Below are positions 16,865 to 26,276 of a stretch of 64,000 bases of DNA, piece by piece. The stretch lies in contig SYGM01000073.1 of assembly GCA_005799545.1 (NCBI GenBank), positions 1,190 to 65,189 of the forward strand. The letters are read 5' to 3'. The DNA comes from Planctomycetia bacterium. GTDB lineage: Bacteria > Planctomycetota > UBA1135 > GCA-002686595. The notes under the pieces were generated by a model that did no database searches, had not been told where the DNA came from, and saw nothing but the letters and a program-made list of their open reading frames with translations. Position 1 is the stretch's first letter. Each line of letters begins with the position of its first letter. The position numbers and the translations under genes were made by a program.

Positions 16865-17703
16865 CGCTGATGGTGCGTGCGTGCGCGCTCGAGAGCGCCC
16901 GCACGCTGCTCCAGGCGTGCGAACTCCAGCCAGCCGCGCGGCTCCGTCGGCCAGCGCATGGTGAGTTCCTCCAGCCACAGCCGCGCGATGTCATCGCGCT
17001 GCGCGGCGATCATCAGTTGCGCCAGGCCCAGCCGCGGCAGCGGATCCTCAGGCGCTTCGCGCAGCTGGATGCGGCGCGCACGGTAGTAGCTGTGCCATTG
17101 TGCGCTGGCGAGGCCGGCCTGAGCGCAGGCCTTGGCGCGCTCGGGGTCCGCGCTCTCGCGCGCTCCGCGGGCCAGCATGTGCCATGCCGCGGGCGCCTGC
17201 GGTGAGAGCGGCGCGTTCTGAACAAAGCGCTCCAGCGGCGCGCGCGCTGCCGCGCTCCTGCCCTGACGGTCCAGCAGCTTGCCGAGCAGCCAATCGCTCT
17301 CCGGCAGTCGCGCGAGTTCCGCCGGCAGCTGTCCCCGGGCATCCAGTCGCAGCGCCTGCGCGCACTCCGCGAAGGCATCCTGCGAGAGCGCGAGCCGCGC
17401 GCGACACAGCGACAGCCAGACGCGCTGCTCGTCGGCAAGGCCCGCAGGATCCAGTGCCAGCTCCAGCAGGCGCGGCTCGTTGGCGCCCGAGGCGAGCTGC
17501 ACCGCGAGATAGCGCGCTTCGCCGCTTGCGCGCAGGCTGCCCTGCGCGGAGAGCTGCTCAGCCATGTCACGCAGCGCCTCCTGCGGCAGATCCAGTTCCA
17601 CCGCATCGCGCCAGCGTTCCAGCGCCGTGGGTGCGCCCGGGCGCACCTGGGCAAGCAGCAGCAGGCCGAGCAGCGCGTTTGCGATCATGGCAGGCGCCAT
17701 CAT
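16807..17703 (-). CDS. TPR-like helical repeat protein, translationally coupled to the upstream CRTAC1-like gene
   Basis: Start ATG 17701-17703 overlaps the upstream TGA (17700-17702) as ATGA. 'MMAPAMIANALLGLLLLAQV' is a signal/anchor. The rest is Ala/Leu/Arg-rich helical repeat. The 3' end overlaps 15725..16864 convergently by 58 nt. Confidence 0.55.
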   Translation of the reverse strand: MMAPAMIANALLGLLLLAQVRPGAPTALERWRDAVELDLPQEALRDMAEQLSAQGSLRASGEARYLAVQLASGANEPRLLELALDPAGLADEQRVWLSLCRARLALSQDAFAECAQALRLDARGQLPAELARLPESDWLLGKLLDRQGRSAAARAPLERFVQNAPLSPQAPAAWHMLARGARESADPERAKACAQAGLASAQWHSYYRARRIQLREAPEDPLPRLGLAQLMIAAQRDDIARLWLEELTMRWPTEPRGWLEFARLEQRAGALERARTHHQRYLELGGKEPLEPESELPR

Positions 17704-19508
17704 CGCAGAAGCTCCTCGCGCACGATGCCGCGGCCTTCCTCGATCGCGAGGCTGCGTCCGCCTGCACCCGCCGGCAGTTCTTCCACCGTTCCCGATGGCC
17801 ACAGGAGCTTGATGGCGCGATACCCCTGCGCGCTGCCCAGTCCGAAGTGCAGCCGCAGAGTGCTCGAGCTCTGGTAGCCGCAGGATGTCTGCGACTCGGC
17901 GATCAGCGCGTATTCCTCCGCCCCGTTCTGCAGCACCACGATGGCCTTGGCGCCGCGTCCATCGCGCGGCGTGACGCGGCCCGAGGGGCCTTTCTTCAGC
18001 GCGCCGCGCAGCTCCAGGCTGAGCCGCCGGTTGCCTGTTCCCATGTGATTGATCGCCAGTGCGCACGGTCCGTCGATGCGCGCGAGCACGAGGTCCAAGC
18101 GGCCATCCTGATTGAGATCACCGAGGGCGCTGCCGCGCGCGCCGAGCTTCTGTTCCAGCACCGAGCGCGCATCCCGGCCCGCGACGCGGCGCAGTTCCGG
18201 CTGCAGTCGGAAGAGGCTCGGCTGCTGGTGGTAGCTCGTGCCCGTCTGCGGCGCATCGGCCTGCGGGAACACATGTCCGTTGGTCGTGAAAAGCTCCAGC
18301 CAGCCGTCGCCATCGAAATCGGCGAGGTGCACGCTCCAGGAGAGCAGCGCGCGCGTCTCGCGCGCCAGCGCCAGACGGTGCGTCATGCGCGTGAAGCCGC
18401 GCTCCGATCCGAAGTACAGCTCGGTCGCCTCGTCGGAGAAGTTCGTCACCGCCAGATCCGGCCGACCGTCGCGGTTGACATCCCCGCTGGCAGCACCCAT
18501 GCCCGCCTGCGCCATGCCCTCCGCACTCAGGGCCACGTCCGTGTCCATCGCCAGATCGACGAAGCGCGGCTGGCCGTCGGGGCCGGGCTGGTTGATCCAG
18601 AGGTTGTTTGGCGAGGAGTCGTTGGCGACGAACACATCGGTGTCGCCATCGCTGTCGGCATCGAAGGCCGCCACGGCCAGCGCGAAGCCGGGCTGCGCGT
18701 CGACGAGCCATTGCTCCGAGCGATCGACGAACCCGCCCTTGCCATCGCCCGCGTACAGGCGATCGGTCTGCGGCTGGAGTCCGCGCGGTCCGCAGAAGAC
18801 CGGCAAGCCCTTCCAGCGACAGGGAATCGCCAGCGCGCCGCTGCCGAGCTTCTCCAGCGGCGGATGCTTCGGATCGAAGTCGAGATACAGTCCGACGTAC
18901 AGATCCAGCGCGCCGTCGCCGTCGGCATCGAAAAGCGCGAGACTGGTGGGCCAGGCGGCGTACTCGCCGTGCGCCGCCAAGGGCAGCGGCTCTGGTAGCA
19001 GAGCACCCTGATCCTGGCGCAGCAGCCACAAGTCTCCGAAGGCTGCGGCGATGAGATCCTGATCCCCGTCGTTGTCGACATCGCCGACCGCCAGGCCGGT
19101 CCACCAGCCCTTGAGGCCGGGTCCGGGCCGGCGCGTGAACCCGCCCCGGCCGTCGTTTTCGAAGACCTCCAGATCGGCTCCGCCGCCCTCGGCGAAATCC
19201 TTCAGGCTGGCGAGTCCCTGCCCGAACACGAGGTCGAGATCGCCGTCGGCCCCCAGGTCGATCACAGCCACGCCCGCGCCGTTGGCCTCCAGGATGGTGG
19301 CCTTCTCGGGCCCGCCGGAGCGGTTTCGGTAGTCAACACCCCGCTCCTGCGCCTCGTTGACGAGGTCCTCTTGGGGGGCAGGGGGAGGGGCAGCGGGGCC
19401 AGACGGAGGCGCCTGCTCGGAGCAGCCGTACAGCAGCAGGCCGACCAAGACAGGGCCGATCACGGCAGGGGCGATCCGGCAGATGGGCCGCGGAAGCATC
19501 GTCTGCAT
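17700..19508 (-). CDS. CRTAC1-family lipoprotein (FG-GAP/VCBS repeats + ASPIC/UnbV C-terminal domain)
   Basis: Start at ATG 19508 gives 'MQTMLPRPICRIAPAVIGPVLVGLLLYGCS'. Repeats 'DVDNDGDQDL', 'DADGDGALDLYV', 'DSDGDTDVFVAN', 'NRDGRPDLAVTNF', 'DFDGDGWLELFTTNG', 'LNQDGRLDLVLA'. C-terminus 'GYQSSSTLRLHFGLG'. Confidence 0.8.
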   Translation of the reverse strand: MQTMLPRPICRIAPAVIGPVLVGLLLYGCSEQAPPSGPAAPPPAPQEDLVNEAQERGVDYRNRSGGPEKATILEANGAGVAVIDLGADGDLDLVFGQGLASLKDFAEGGGADLEVFENDGRGGFTRRPGPGLKGWWTGLAVGDVDNDGDQDLIAAAFGDLWLLRQDQGALLPEPLPLAAHGEYAAWPTSLALFDADGDGALDLYVGLYLDFDPKHPPLEKLGSGALAIPCRWKGLPVFCGPRGLQPQTDRLYAGDGKGGFVDRSEQWLVDAQPGFALAVAAFDADSDGDTDVFVANDSSPNNLWINQPGPDGQPRFVDLAMDTDVALSAEGMAQAGMGAASGDVNRDGRPDLAVTNFSDEATELYFGSERGFTRMTHRLALARETRALLSWSVHLADFDGDGWLELFTTNGHVFPQADAPQTGTSYHQQPSLFRLQPELRRVAGRDARSVLEQKLGARGSALGDLNQDGRLDLVLARIDGPCALAINHMGTGNRRLSLELRGALKKGPSGRVTPRDGRGAKAIVVLQNGAEEYALIAESQTSCGYQSSSTLRLHFGLGSAQGYRAIKLLWPSGTVEELPAGAGGRSLAIEEGRGIVREELLR

Positions 19509-19583
19509 GGCATAGCGCACGGAAGCTGGCAGGGGAAGGGCGGTTGACCCATCCCCGGCCTTCGCGTACGCTTTTCCTCCCTT

Positions 19584-20312
19584 TTGTCTGCTCCCATGAG
19601 CCTGCGCAAGCCCAATCTCCTCGACGCCTTCCAAGCCTCCGCGCCGGAGGGCCGCAAGGCCGCACCCCGCGCGAACAGTGGTGCGGCGGCCGGCCCCTTT
19701 GCGGGCGAGGGGGTCAAGACGCCGGCGGATATCGTGCTGCCCCATTCAGTCCCGGGCGGCGCGCGCAGGGGCTTCTTCGCCCGCTTTGCCGGCGATCGCG
19801 TGGTGCAACTGGCCCTCGTCACGGCGCTGCTGGCCGTGATCGTCGCCTATTGGGTCGGGCAGCACAGCGGGCAGAACGAAACGCTGGCCGAAGCACCTGC
19901 AGAGGCCAATCCCGGCGCCCTGATGCCGGAGAAGACTCCGCTGCCGCGCGATCCGGATCTGGCGGATGCCAACCAGCGCACGGCTGCCGCTGGCAGCACG
20001 CACGATGAGCAGTTTCTCGACCCCGTGAACCGGTTCACGGTGCGCGTGGCCTCCTTCTCGGCGGACGAAGCGGGCCGCCGCGCGGCATTCGAGCACCGCG
20101 ACTACCTGCGCGGTGAAGGTGCGCCCGTGATTCAGCCGATCCAGAAGGGCCGGACGCTGGTGCTGTGCATCGGCCACGAAGCGAGCATGGAAGGCGCGCA
20201 GAAGCTGCTGGGTTTCGCCAAGGCGCTGCGCGGGCCCAAGGGCTCGAAGAAGCCGCCCTACCAGGACGCCTACATCGACAACATCGACAACGTGGTGGCG
20301 CGCAAGAAGTAG
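19584..20312 (+). CDS. Membrane-anchored protein with C-terminal SPOR-like domain
   Basis: One TM 'VVQLALVTALLAVIVAYWVG'. C-terminus 'FTVRVASFSADEAGRRAAFEHRDYLRGEGAPVIQPIQKGRTLVLCIG' fits the SPOR beta-alpha-beta pattern. The family call is tentative. Confidence 0.4.
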   Translation: MSAPMSLRKPNLLDAFQASAPEGRKAAPRANSGAAAGPFAGEGVKTPADIVLPHSVPGGARRGFFARFAGDRVVQLALVTALLAVIVAYWVGQHSGQNETLAEAPAEANPGALMPEKTPLPRDPDLADANQRTAAAGSTHDEQFLDPVNRFTVRVASFSADEAGRRAAFEHRDYLRGEGAPVIQPIQKGRTLVLCIGHEASMEGAQKLLGFAKALRGPKGSKKPPYQDAYIDNIDNVVARKK

Positions 20313-20353
20313 CGCTGTCACGATTCAAAGACCTCACAAGGAGCCAATCACAC

Positions 20354-20626
20354 ATGTCCATTCACTCCAGCCTCCGCGCCAGCACCAGCATGAAGGGTGA
20401 GCGCAGCGTGTTCACCCGCGTCGAGCGCCTCGCCGTCCTCAAGAAGGCCGGCAAGTTCGACGACACCAAGGATTCGATCTACGGAATCCCGAAGGTCCGC
20501 ACCCGCTTCAAGGTGGCCAGCGCCAAGAAGAAGGATGACAAGGCCGCCGCTGCGGCTCCGGGCGCGGCTGCCGGTGGCGCTGCCGCCAAGCCGGCGGCTG
20601 CCGCGAAGCCGGCCGCCAAGAAGTGA
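20354..20626 (+). CDS. Small basic protein (PVC-type 'small basic protein' family, from memory) with Ala/Lys/Pro-rich tail
   Basis: ATG 20354 is preceded by aaggag (20337-20342). 'MSIHSSLRASTSMKGERSVFTRVERLAVLKKAGKFDDTKDSIYGIPKVRTRFKV' is followed by 'KKKDDKAAAAAPGAAAGGAAAKPAAAAKPAAKK'. Confidence 0.55.
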   Translation: MSIHSSLRASTSMKGERSVFTRVERLAVLKKAGKFDDTKDSIYGIPKVRTRFKVASAKKKDDKAAAAAPGAAAGGAAAKPAAAAKPAAKK

Positions 20627-20672
20627 TTCCGCGTCCGCCGCCGGCGGCCTGAACTCGCCTCGAGACCTGAGC

Positions 20673-21545
20673 ATGGCCGCTCGTGCGGTGAGAGCCGACA
20701 TCGTGGAAAAGCGCGTCCTCGCCCCGTTGATGGAGGTCTTCGCCTCCATTCAGGGCGAGGGCGCTTTCGTTGGCGAAGCCCAGATCTTCCTGCGCCTGCG
20801 CGGCTGTCCGCTGCGCTGCCGCTGGTGCGACACGCCCGCTTCCTGGGCCGCAAGCACGACCTCGCGGGTGCGCATTGACTCCGTGCGGCAGGCGCGCGAG
20901 GAGCCTGCGCTGGCGACACCGTTTCAGGCCGCCTGCTGGGTCGCGGAGTGCGAGCCCGGCGAGCCGCGCACGGTCAGCGTCACGGGCGGTGAGCCGCTGG
21001 CCTGGCCCGACTTTCTGCTCGCGCTGCGACCGCTGCTCAAGCCGCGGCGCATGCACCTCGAGACGGCCGGCGCGCATCCGCGTTCGCTCGCGCGCGTGCT
21101 GCAGGTCTTCGATCACATCAGCCTCGACCTCAAGCCGGAAGCGGATCTCGATGCGCCCGAGGAACTGGGCTTGCCAGAGGATGATGTGCGCATGCCCTTC
21201 CGCGTGCCGGGAGGAGACGGCGGCGAGCAGAGCGAGCGCAGTCCGCGCACCATCGGCGAGTGGCAGTCCGCGCGCGAGGCGTGTCTGCGTCTGGTGGCGG
21301 GACGCGACGCCTGCGGCAAGATCGTCGTGCAGGGTGGTCGCGAGGCGCGCGATTACGTGCACCTGTTCGATCAGGTCGAGGCGCTCGCGCCGGGCCTCCC
21401 GCTGTTTCTCACGCCGGTGACTCCGCTGGGCGGCATCGCACCGGCGAGCCGCAAGCTGCTGCAGGACGTGGTCGAGCTGGCGCGGGATCGCGGCCTGAGC
21501 GTGCGGGTGGTTCCCCAGGTGCACCGCTTGCTGAAGCTGCCCTGA
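20673..21545 (+). CDS. queE: 7-carboxy-7-deazaguanine synthase (radical SAM)
   Basis: 'MEVFASIQGEGAFVGEAQIFLRLRGCPLRCRWCDTP' is the QueE N-terminal signature with a CxxxCxxC cluster. Start set at ATG 20673. Confidence 0.8.
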   Translation: MAARAVRADIVEKRVLAPLMEVFASIQGEGAFVGEAQIFLRLRGCPLRCRWCDTPASWAASTTSRVRIDSVRQAREEPALATPFQAACWVAECEPGEPRTVSVTGGEPLAWPDFLLALRPLLKPRRMHLETAGAHPRSLARVLQVFDHISLDLKPEADLDAPEELGLPEDDVRMPFRVPGGDGGEQSERSPRTIGEWQSAREACLRLVAGRDACGKIVVQGGREARDYVHLFDQVEALAPGLPLFLTPVTPLGGIAPASRKLLQDVVELARDRGLSVRVVPQVHRLLKLP

Positions 21546-21569
21546 TGCGGCGCCGCGTAGGGCGGGCTT

Positions 21570-23180
21570 TCAGTTGCCGCGCAGCTCTGCAGAGCGCAGG
21601 CGGTAGCGCTGCGGCGCGACGAACCCCGGCCGCAGGCGGAGGCGGCCGATGGCATCGGCATCGGGAATGCGCACGACGCGGCGGTTGGAGCCGCGCTTCA
21701 GCGTGATCTGCAGCATGTTCTCGCGCGTGTACTCGCTGTTTCCGGGCTGCAGCCAGAACAGGTCGGCAACGGTGTCGATGGGGGAGTCGATCGCGAGTTC
21801 GAGCAGCAGTTCCTTGCGCGGGGTGGGCGGAATCGCGGGCAGGAGCAGGCTGCCGGCCAGATTCTGCAGCTCAAGATCGAGCACGAAGCCCGACGGAGTC
21901 TCGGCGCGCGTGATTTCCAGACCGGGCATCGTCCGGTACTCGTGCGGGGCGCTCGAGCCGCTGAGCCGCCAGTAGGTCTTCGAGGCCTGAGCGAAGTCGG
22001 CGCTGAGATCACCGTACTCGCCGGGCTTGAGCTGCGAGGGGTACAGGAACACCAGCGCGCGCTCGACCCAGATCTCGATCATCAGCGCAGGGCGCAGCTC
22101 CAGCAGCGCCTCGCCGGGGAATTTGTAATCCCACACGGCCTGCATCTCACTGAAATGCTCGCTCAGCGGCTCTTCGATGTAGGGGCCGAAGGAGTCGTGC
22201 AGGATCAGCGCCTTGGGCAACAGGGGGTCGTCCACGCGCGAGATGCGCGTGCGGCCGCGCCCCCAGCCGGAATCCTTGATCACCTGCGCACGGCGCTCCG
22301 CGGGCGGAACGCCGAAGATCCAGTCCTTCTGGCGGACGGTGTCCTGGATGTACATGCTGCGCCGCCAGCTCTCACCGGTGCCGCCGGTCTCCTTGCGCTC
22401 GAATTGCTCGGCCGGGCGCGCGCTGAGTCCGGGCAGCAGCTGCGCCGCCGCGTTCATCACGGCCTCGTACGCCACCAGCGCGCCGCGTCCGTTCCAGTGC
22501 GTGCCTTCCGCGTAGTAAAGCCAGTCATCCGCGGCGTCTGCGGGCTTGGCCTCGCGCAGCGCCTCGCGCAGATCGAGCACGTGCAGTTGTCCGTCCTTGC
22601 GAGCGGCCTCGACCAGCTGGTCCAGACGCGAAGGCCCGTAGACCGTCCATTCCTCCGGCATGCGCTCGGAGTAGACGCTTTCCTTGTTGGGCGCGATCAC
22701 CAGCAGGTGCTGGCAGCCGATGCCGGCCAGCCATTCCTGCCGCGCGCGGAGGTTCGCGATCATGACAGAGAGCGATTCGGGGCCCTGTTCGGGGTAGGGC
22801 AGCAGCCCGCGGTAGACCGGCACCGTCTCGTCGCCGTAGTAGAACATCCAGTCGTCCTTGCCGAGGAACACCAGCGGCGAGGGCGAGGTGTGGAACAGCG
22901 CGAGCGTCTGCAGCGAGTGCCAGCGCAGCAGCCTGTCGCGCAGACCGAAGCTGTCCTGGAAGTACTTTTCGTACTGCGTCGGATACTTCCACAGCACGCG
23001 CGCATCCCACTTGAGTTCAGGACGCTTCTCGGGACTGCGCAGCTCCGGCTCGCGCGGACTGCGCGCCTCGTCATCGCGCACCGCGAGATCGATCCAAGGC
23101 GCACCCAGCAGCAGCAGGAAGGCCGCCAGCAGCGTGCGGCGCGGTCCCTTGTGCGTCAGCGGAACGGGAGTGGGTTGCAC
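21570..23180 (-). CDS. AlgJ/AlgX-type SGNH-like O-acetyltransferase accessory protein with extra C-terminal domain
   Basis: Signal/anchor 'RRTLLAAFLLLLGAPWI'. 'LLVIAPNKESVYSERMPEEW' and 'YYAEGTHWNGRGAL' match the AlgJ/AlgX SGNH-like blocks (DxHW-type). Lies immediately downstream of an MBOAT gene. Confidence 0.6.
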   Translation of the reverse strand: MQPTPVPLTHKGPRRTLLAAFLLLLGAPWIDLAVRDDEARSPREPELRSPEKRPELKWDARVLWKYPTQYEKYFQDSFGLRDRLLRWHSLQTLALFHTSPSPLVFLGKDDWMFYYGDETVPVYRGLLPYPEQGPESLSVMIANLRARQEWLAGIGCQHLLVIAPNKESVYSERMPEEWTVYGPSRLDQLVEAARKDGQLHVLDLREALREAKPADAADDWLYYAEGTHWNGRGALVAYEAVMNAAAQLLPGLSARPAEQFERKETGGTGESWRRSMYIQDTVRQKDWIFGVPPAERRAQVIKDSGWGRGRTRISRVDDPLLPKALILHDSFGPYIEEPLSEHFSEMQAVWDYKFPGEALLELRPALMIEIWVERALVFLYPSQLKPGEYGDLSADFAQASKTYWRLSGSSAPHEYRTMPGLEITRAETPSGFVLDLELQNLAGSLLLPAIPPTPRKELLLELAIDSPIDTVADLFWLQPGNSEYTRENMLQITLKRGSNRRVVRIPDADAIGRLRLRPGFVAPQRYRLRSAELRGN

Positions 23181-23186
23181 GGCGCC

Positions 23187-24650
23187 CTAGAACCGGAAGT
23201 AGATGAACGGGTTGTAGGAACCCGCCGCCAGCTTGAGCGCGCACTCGAAGAACACTAACAGAAGCAGGGGGATGCTGAGGTACTCGAGCGTGACGGACAG
23301 TCCCTGACGACCCTGCGCCGCGAGACCCTTCCACCAGTTGACGAGCGCGGGCAGCCAGGGTGTCGAGCCGATCACGCCAGCGATGATCGCGGTCCAGATC
23401 TCCGCATCGGTGAAGTGGGCCACCTGGTGCAGCAGCGGGTCGGCATCGTTCAGGCCCGCCATGGCGGCGAGGTACTGCAGGGCCTGCTGCGAGTCGACGG
23501 CACGGAAGAAGACCCACCCGATCATCGCGACCAGCAGGGTGTACACGTGCGCCACCGGCCGGCTCTTTTCGAGCCAGCGGGCCAATCCCAGCCGTTCGAT
23601 CACGAGGAACGCGCCGTGCCACAGGCCCCAGATCACGAACACGAAGCTCGCTCCGTGCCACAGGCCGCACAAGAAGAACACGGTGACGAGGTTGAAGTAC
23701 GTGCGCGCGGATCCGTGGCGGTTGCCTCCCATCGGGATGTAGAGGTAATCGCGGAACCAGGTGGAGAGCGAGATGTGCCAGCGGCGCCAAAACTCCGTGA
23801 TCGAGCGCGAGATGTAGGGGAAGTTGAAGTTCTCGAGGAAGCGGAACCCGAACATGTGGCCCAGGCCGATGGCCATGTCGGAGTAGGCCGAGAAGTCAAA
23901 GTAGATCTGCAGCGTGTAGCACAGGATGCCCAGCCAGGCGACCGGTGCCGTCAGCTCGACGGCGGGGATGCCGAAGATCTTGTCGGCCACCTCCGCGACG
24001 AGGTTGGCGATCAGCATCTTCTTGCCCAGTCCGATCACGAAGCGGCGGATGCCGTAGGCGAAGCCATCCTCGGTCACGGTGCGCTGGCGGATCTCCGCCG
24101 CGACGTCGAGATAGCGCACGATGGGGCCGGCGATCAGCTGCGGGAACAGGGACACATACAAGGCAACGCGGAACCAGCTGCGCTCGACAGGCGCGTCCCT
24201 GCGGTACACATCGAGCACATACGAGAAGGCCTGGAACGTGAAGAAGCTGATGCCGATCGGTAGGCGCACCCGGCCGTCGGGGTTGAGGAACAGCTCCCTC
24301 AGGCCAGAGTCGGCCGGCAGGAAGGTGCCGATCAACGGCAGTCCGACCAGCTCGAAGATCCAGTCGATGTACTTGAACAGCACCAGCAGGCCGAGGTTGA
24401 AGATGCTCGACCAGACGACGACGGCCTTGCCCTTGCCGCGGTCCATTTCGCGCGCCAGCCACAACCCGAACAGCCAGTTGGCCGTGATCGAGAGCAGCAT
24501 GATCGCCACGAGGTACTTCTCGCCCCAGGCGTAGAACAGCAGGGAGGCCGCCAGCAGCAGCAGATTGCGCAGCTCCTGGCGCACGCTGAAGTACAGCGCC
24601 AGCAGCAGCGGCAGGAAAAGCCACACGAAGAGGGTGGAACTGAACAGCAT
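23187..24650 (-). CDS. MBOAT-family membrane O-acyltransferase (AlgI/DltB-like)
   Basis: 'MLFSSTLFVWLFLPLLL...', multiple TMs, and the catalytic block 'FWRRWHISLSTWFRDYLYIPMGGNR'. Confidence 0.85.
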   Translation of the reverse strand: MLFSSTLFVWLFLPLLLALYFSVRQELRNLLLLAASLLFYAWGEKYLVAIMLLSITANWLFGLWLAREMDRGKGKAVVVWSSIFNLGLLVLFKYIDWIFELVGLPLIGTFLPADSGLRELFLNPDGRVRLPIGISFFTFQAFSYVLDVYRRDAPVERSWFRVALYVSLFPQLIAGPIVRYLDVAAEIRQRTVTEDGFAYGIRRFVIGLGKKMLIANLVAEVADKIFGIPAVELTAPVAWLGILCYTLQIYFDFSAYSDMAIGLGHMFGFRFLENFNFPYISRSITEFWRRWHISLSTWFRDYLYIPMGGNRHGSARTYFNLVTVFFLCGLWHGASFVFVIWGLWHGAFLVIERLGLARWLEKSRPVAHVYTLLVAMIGWVFFRAVDSQQALQYLAAMAGLNDADPLLHQVAHFTDAEIWTAIIAGVIGSTPWLPALVNWWKGLAAQGRQGLSVTLEYLSIPLLLLVFFECALKLAAGSYNPFIYFRF

Positions 24651-24714
24651 GCTGGGGGGTGAGGAAATCTTCTCCCATGCGCGCGCAATTGTCCAATCGC
24701 GGCGCGGCGGCAGG

Positions 24715-26181
24715 TCAGGAACTGCGTCGGGGGCGGGCCGCGCTGCCGGCCACGAGCACCGCGGCCAGCGTGGCGATGGTCATGGTCCACGGCCAGGCCA
24801 GCTCGGGCAGGCCCAACGGAGCCAGCAGCTGCTTCTGGAAGAAGAAAGCGGTGCCGAAGAGGACTCCGGTGAGCATGCCGAGCGGCACGCTGGTGTCGTT
24901 GCCGCGCGTGTCGAGGAACAGCGCCACGAGGAACGCACCCAGGATGCCCGGGTAGAGGATCGTCATCGCGCTCAGCGCCAGCTGCACCAGATCGATGGTG
25001 GATCCTTCGGAGTACCAGCCGAAGAACAGTCCGACCGCGCACAGCAGCAGACCAAACACGAAGATCAGCCGGCGCACGCGCGCAAGGCCCGTGTCGGCCA
25101 GCGGGCGGATGTCGCTGGTCCAGGCCGAGGTGGTCGCGTTGAGCGTGGCGCCGAGCGAGGAGACGGCGGCGGCGAACAGGCCCGCGAAGACCAGCCCGCG
25201 CAGGCCGGCCGGCAGCTCGTGAACGATGAAGTTCGGGAAGATGCGCTTGACCTCCTCGGGCGTCGTGATGCCGTAGGCAGTGGGCGTGTTTTCCGCGTAG
25301 AAGGCCCACAGCATCGTGCCCACGGACAGGAACAGCGCCACGATCGGGAAGGTGAAAAGCCCAGAGGTGAGGATGCTCAGCGCCGAGCCGCGCTGGTTGC
25401 GCACATTGAGCATGTGCTGCACGTTTTCCTGGTCGGTGCCGTGGCTCGCCAGTGCCAGCACGAAGCCGCCGAGGATCGCGGTCAGCGTCTGGTAGGCATC
25501 GCTGAAGGGGTTGGCTTCCCACTTGAACACCGTCAGCTTGCCGGCGGCGAGCGCACGCTCGACGACGGCCCCCGGTTCGATCGAGAGCGCGTGCAGTCCC
25601 ACCAGCAGCGCCACCAGCGCGCCCAGCGCGAAGATCGTGCCTTGAGCCACATCGGTCCAGACCACCGCCTTGAGACCGCCGAGCAGCGTGTAGACCGTCG
25701 AGAGCAGCGCCATGCCGACGATGGCGTTGCCCAGTCCGAAGCCCGTCGCCGCATCGAAGGCCAGCGCGGCGATGAACAGTCGCACGCCGCTGGCGATCAG
25801 GCGCCCGCCGAGGAAGGCCCAGGCGCAGCTCTTCTGGGCCAGCGGGCCGATGCGCTGGCCGAGAAAGCCGTAGACCGTCGGCAACTGCAGCTTCCAGTAG
25901 CGCGGCACGAAGGTCGTCGCGAGCACAAGCTTGCCGAGCAGCGCCCCGAGCGCGAACTGCAGGTAGCTCCAGTTGCCCTTGTACGCTGCCTCGGGCACGC
26001 CGATGTAGGTCGCGGCGCTGACCTCGGTCGCAAGGATCGAGAACACCACCGCCCAGGCAGGCAGCGAGCGATCTGCGCGCAGATGGCCCTCCGCGCTGTG
26101 CGGGCCGCGCGAAGCGGCCACGCCGATGCCGATGACGAGCGCGGCGTAGGCCAGCATCACGATCCAGTCGAGGGTTTCCAT
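24715..26181 (-). CDS. Sodium:solute symporter family transporter
   Basis: Start at ATG 26181 ('METLDWIVMLAYAALVIGIGV'). 'ATEVSAATYIGVPEAAY', 'TVYGFLGQRIG' and about 13 predicted TMs are typical of the SSF family. Confidence 0.8.
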   Translation of the reverse strand: METLDWIVMLAYAALVIGIGVAASRGPHSAEGHLRADRSLPAWAVVFSILATEVSAATYIGVPEAAYKGNWSYLQFALGALLGKLVLATTFVPRYWKLQLPTVYGFLGQRIGPLAQKSCAWAFLGGRLIASGVRLFIAALAFDAATGFGLGNAIVGMALLSTVYTLLGGLKAVVWTDVAQGTIFALGALVALLVGLHALSIEPGAVVERALAAGKLTVFKWEANPFSDAYQTLTAILGGFVLALASHGTDQENVQHMLNVRNQRGSALSILTSGLFTFPIVALFLSVGTMLWAFYAENTPTAYGITTPEEVKRIFPNFIVHELPAGLRGLVFAGLFAAAVSSLGATLNATTSAWTSDIRPLADTGLARVRRLIFVFGLLLCAVGLFFGWYSEGSTIDLVQLALSAMTILYPGILGAFLVALFLDTRGNDTSVPLGMLTGVLFGTAFFFQKQLLAPLGLPELAWPWTMTIATLAAVLVAGSAARPRRSS

Positions 26182-26276
26182 GCGGGAAGGCCCCTTGTAG
26201 CGATCGCTGCGGGAGCTTTCGAGGGCCAAGGTTGTGCCGCGCGCCGTTTGTGGCGTACTCTCTGCGGCCTGATTCC

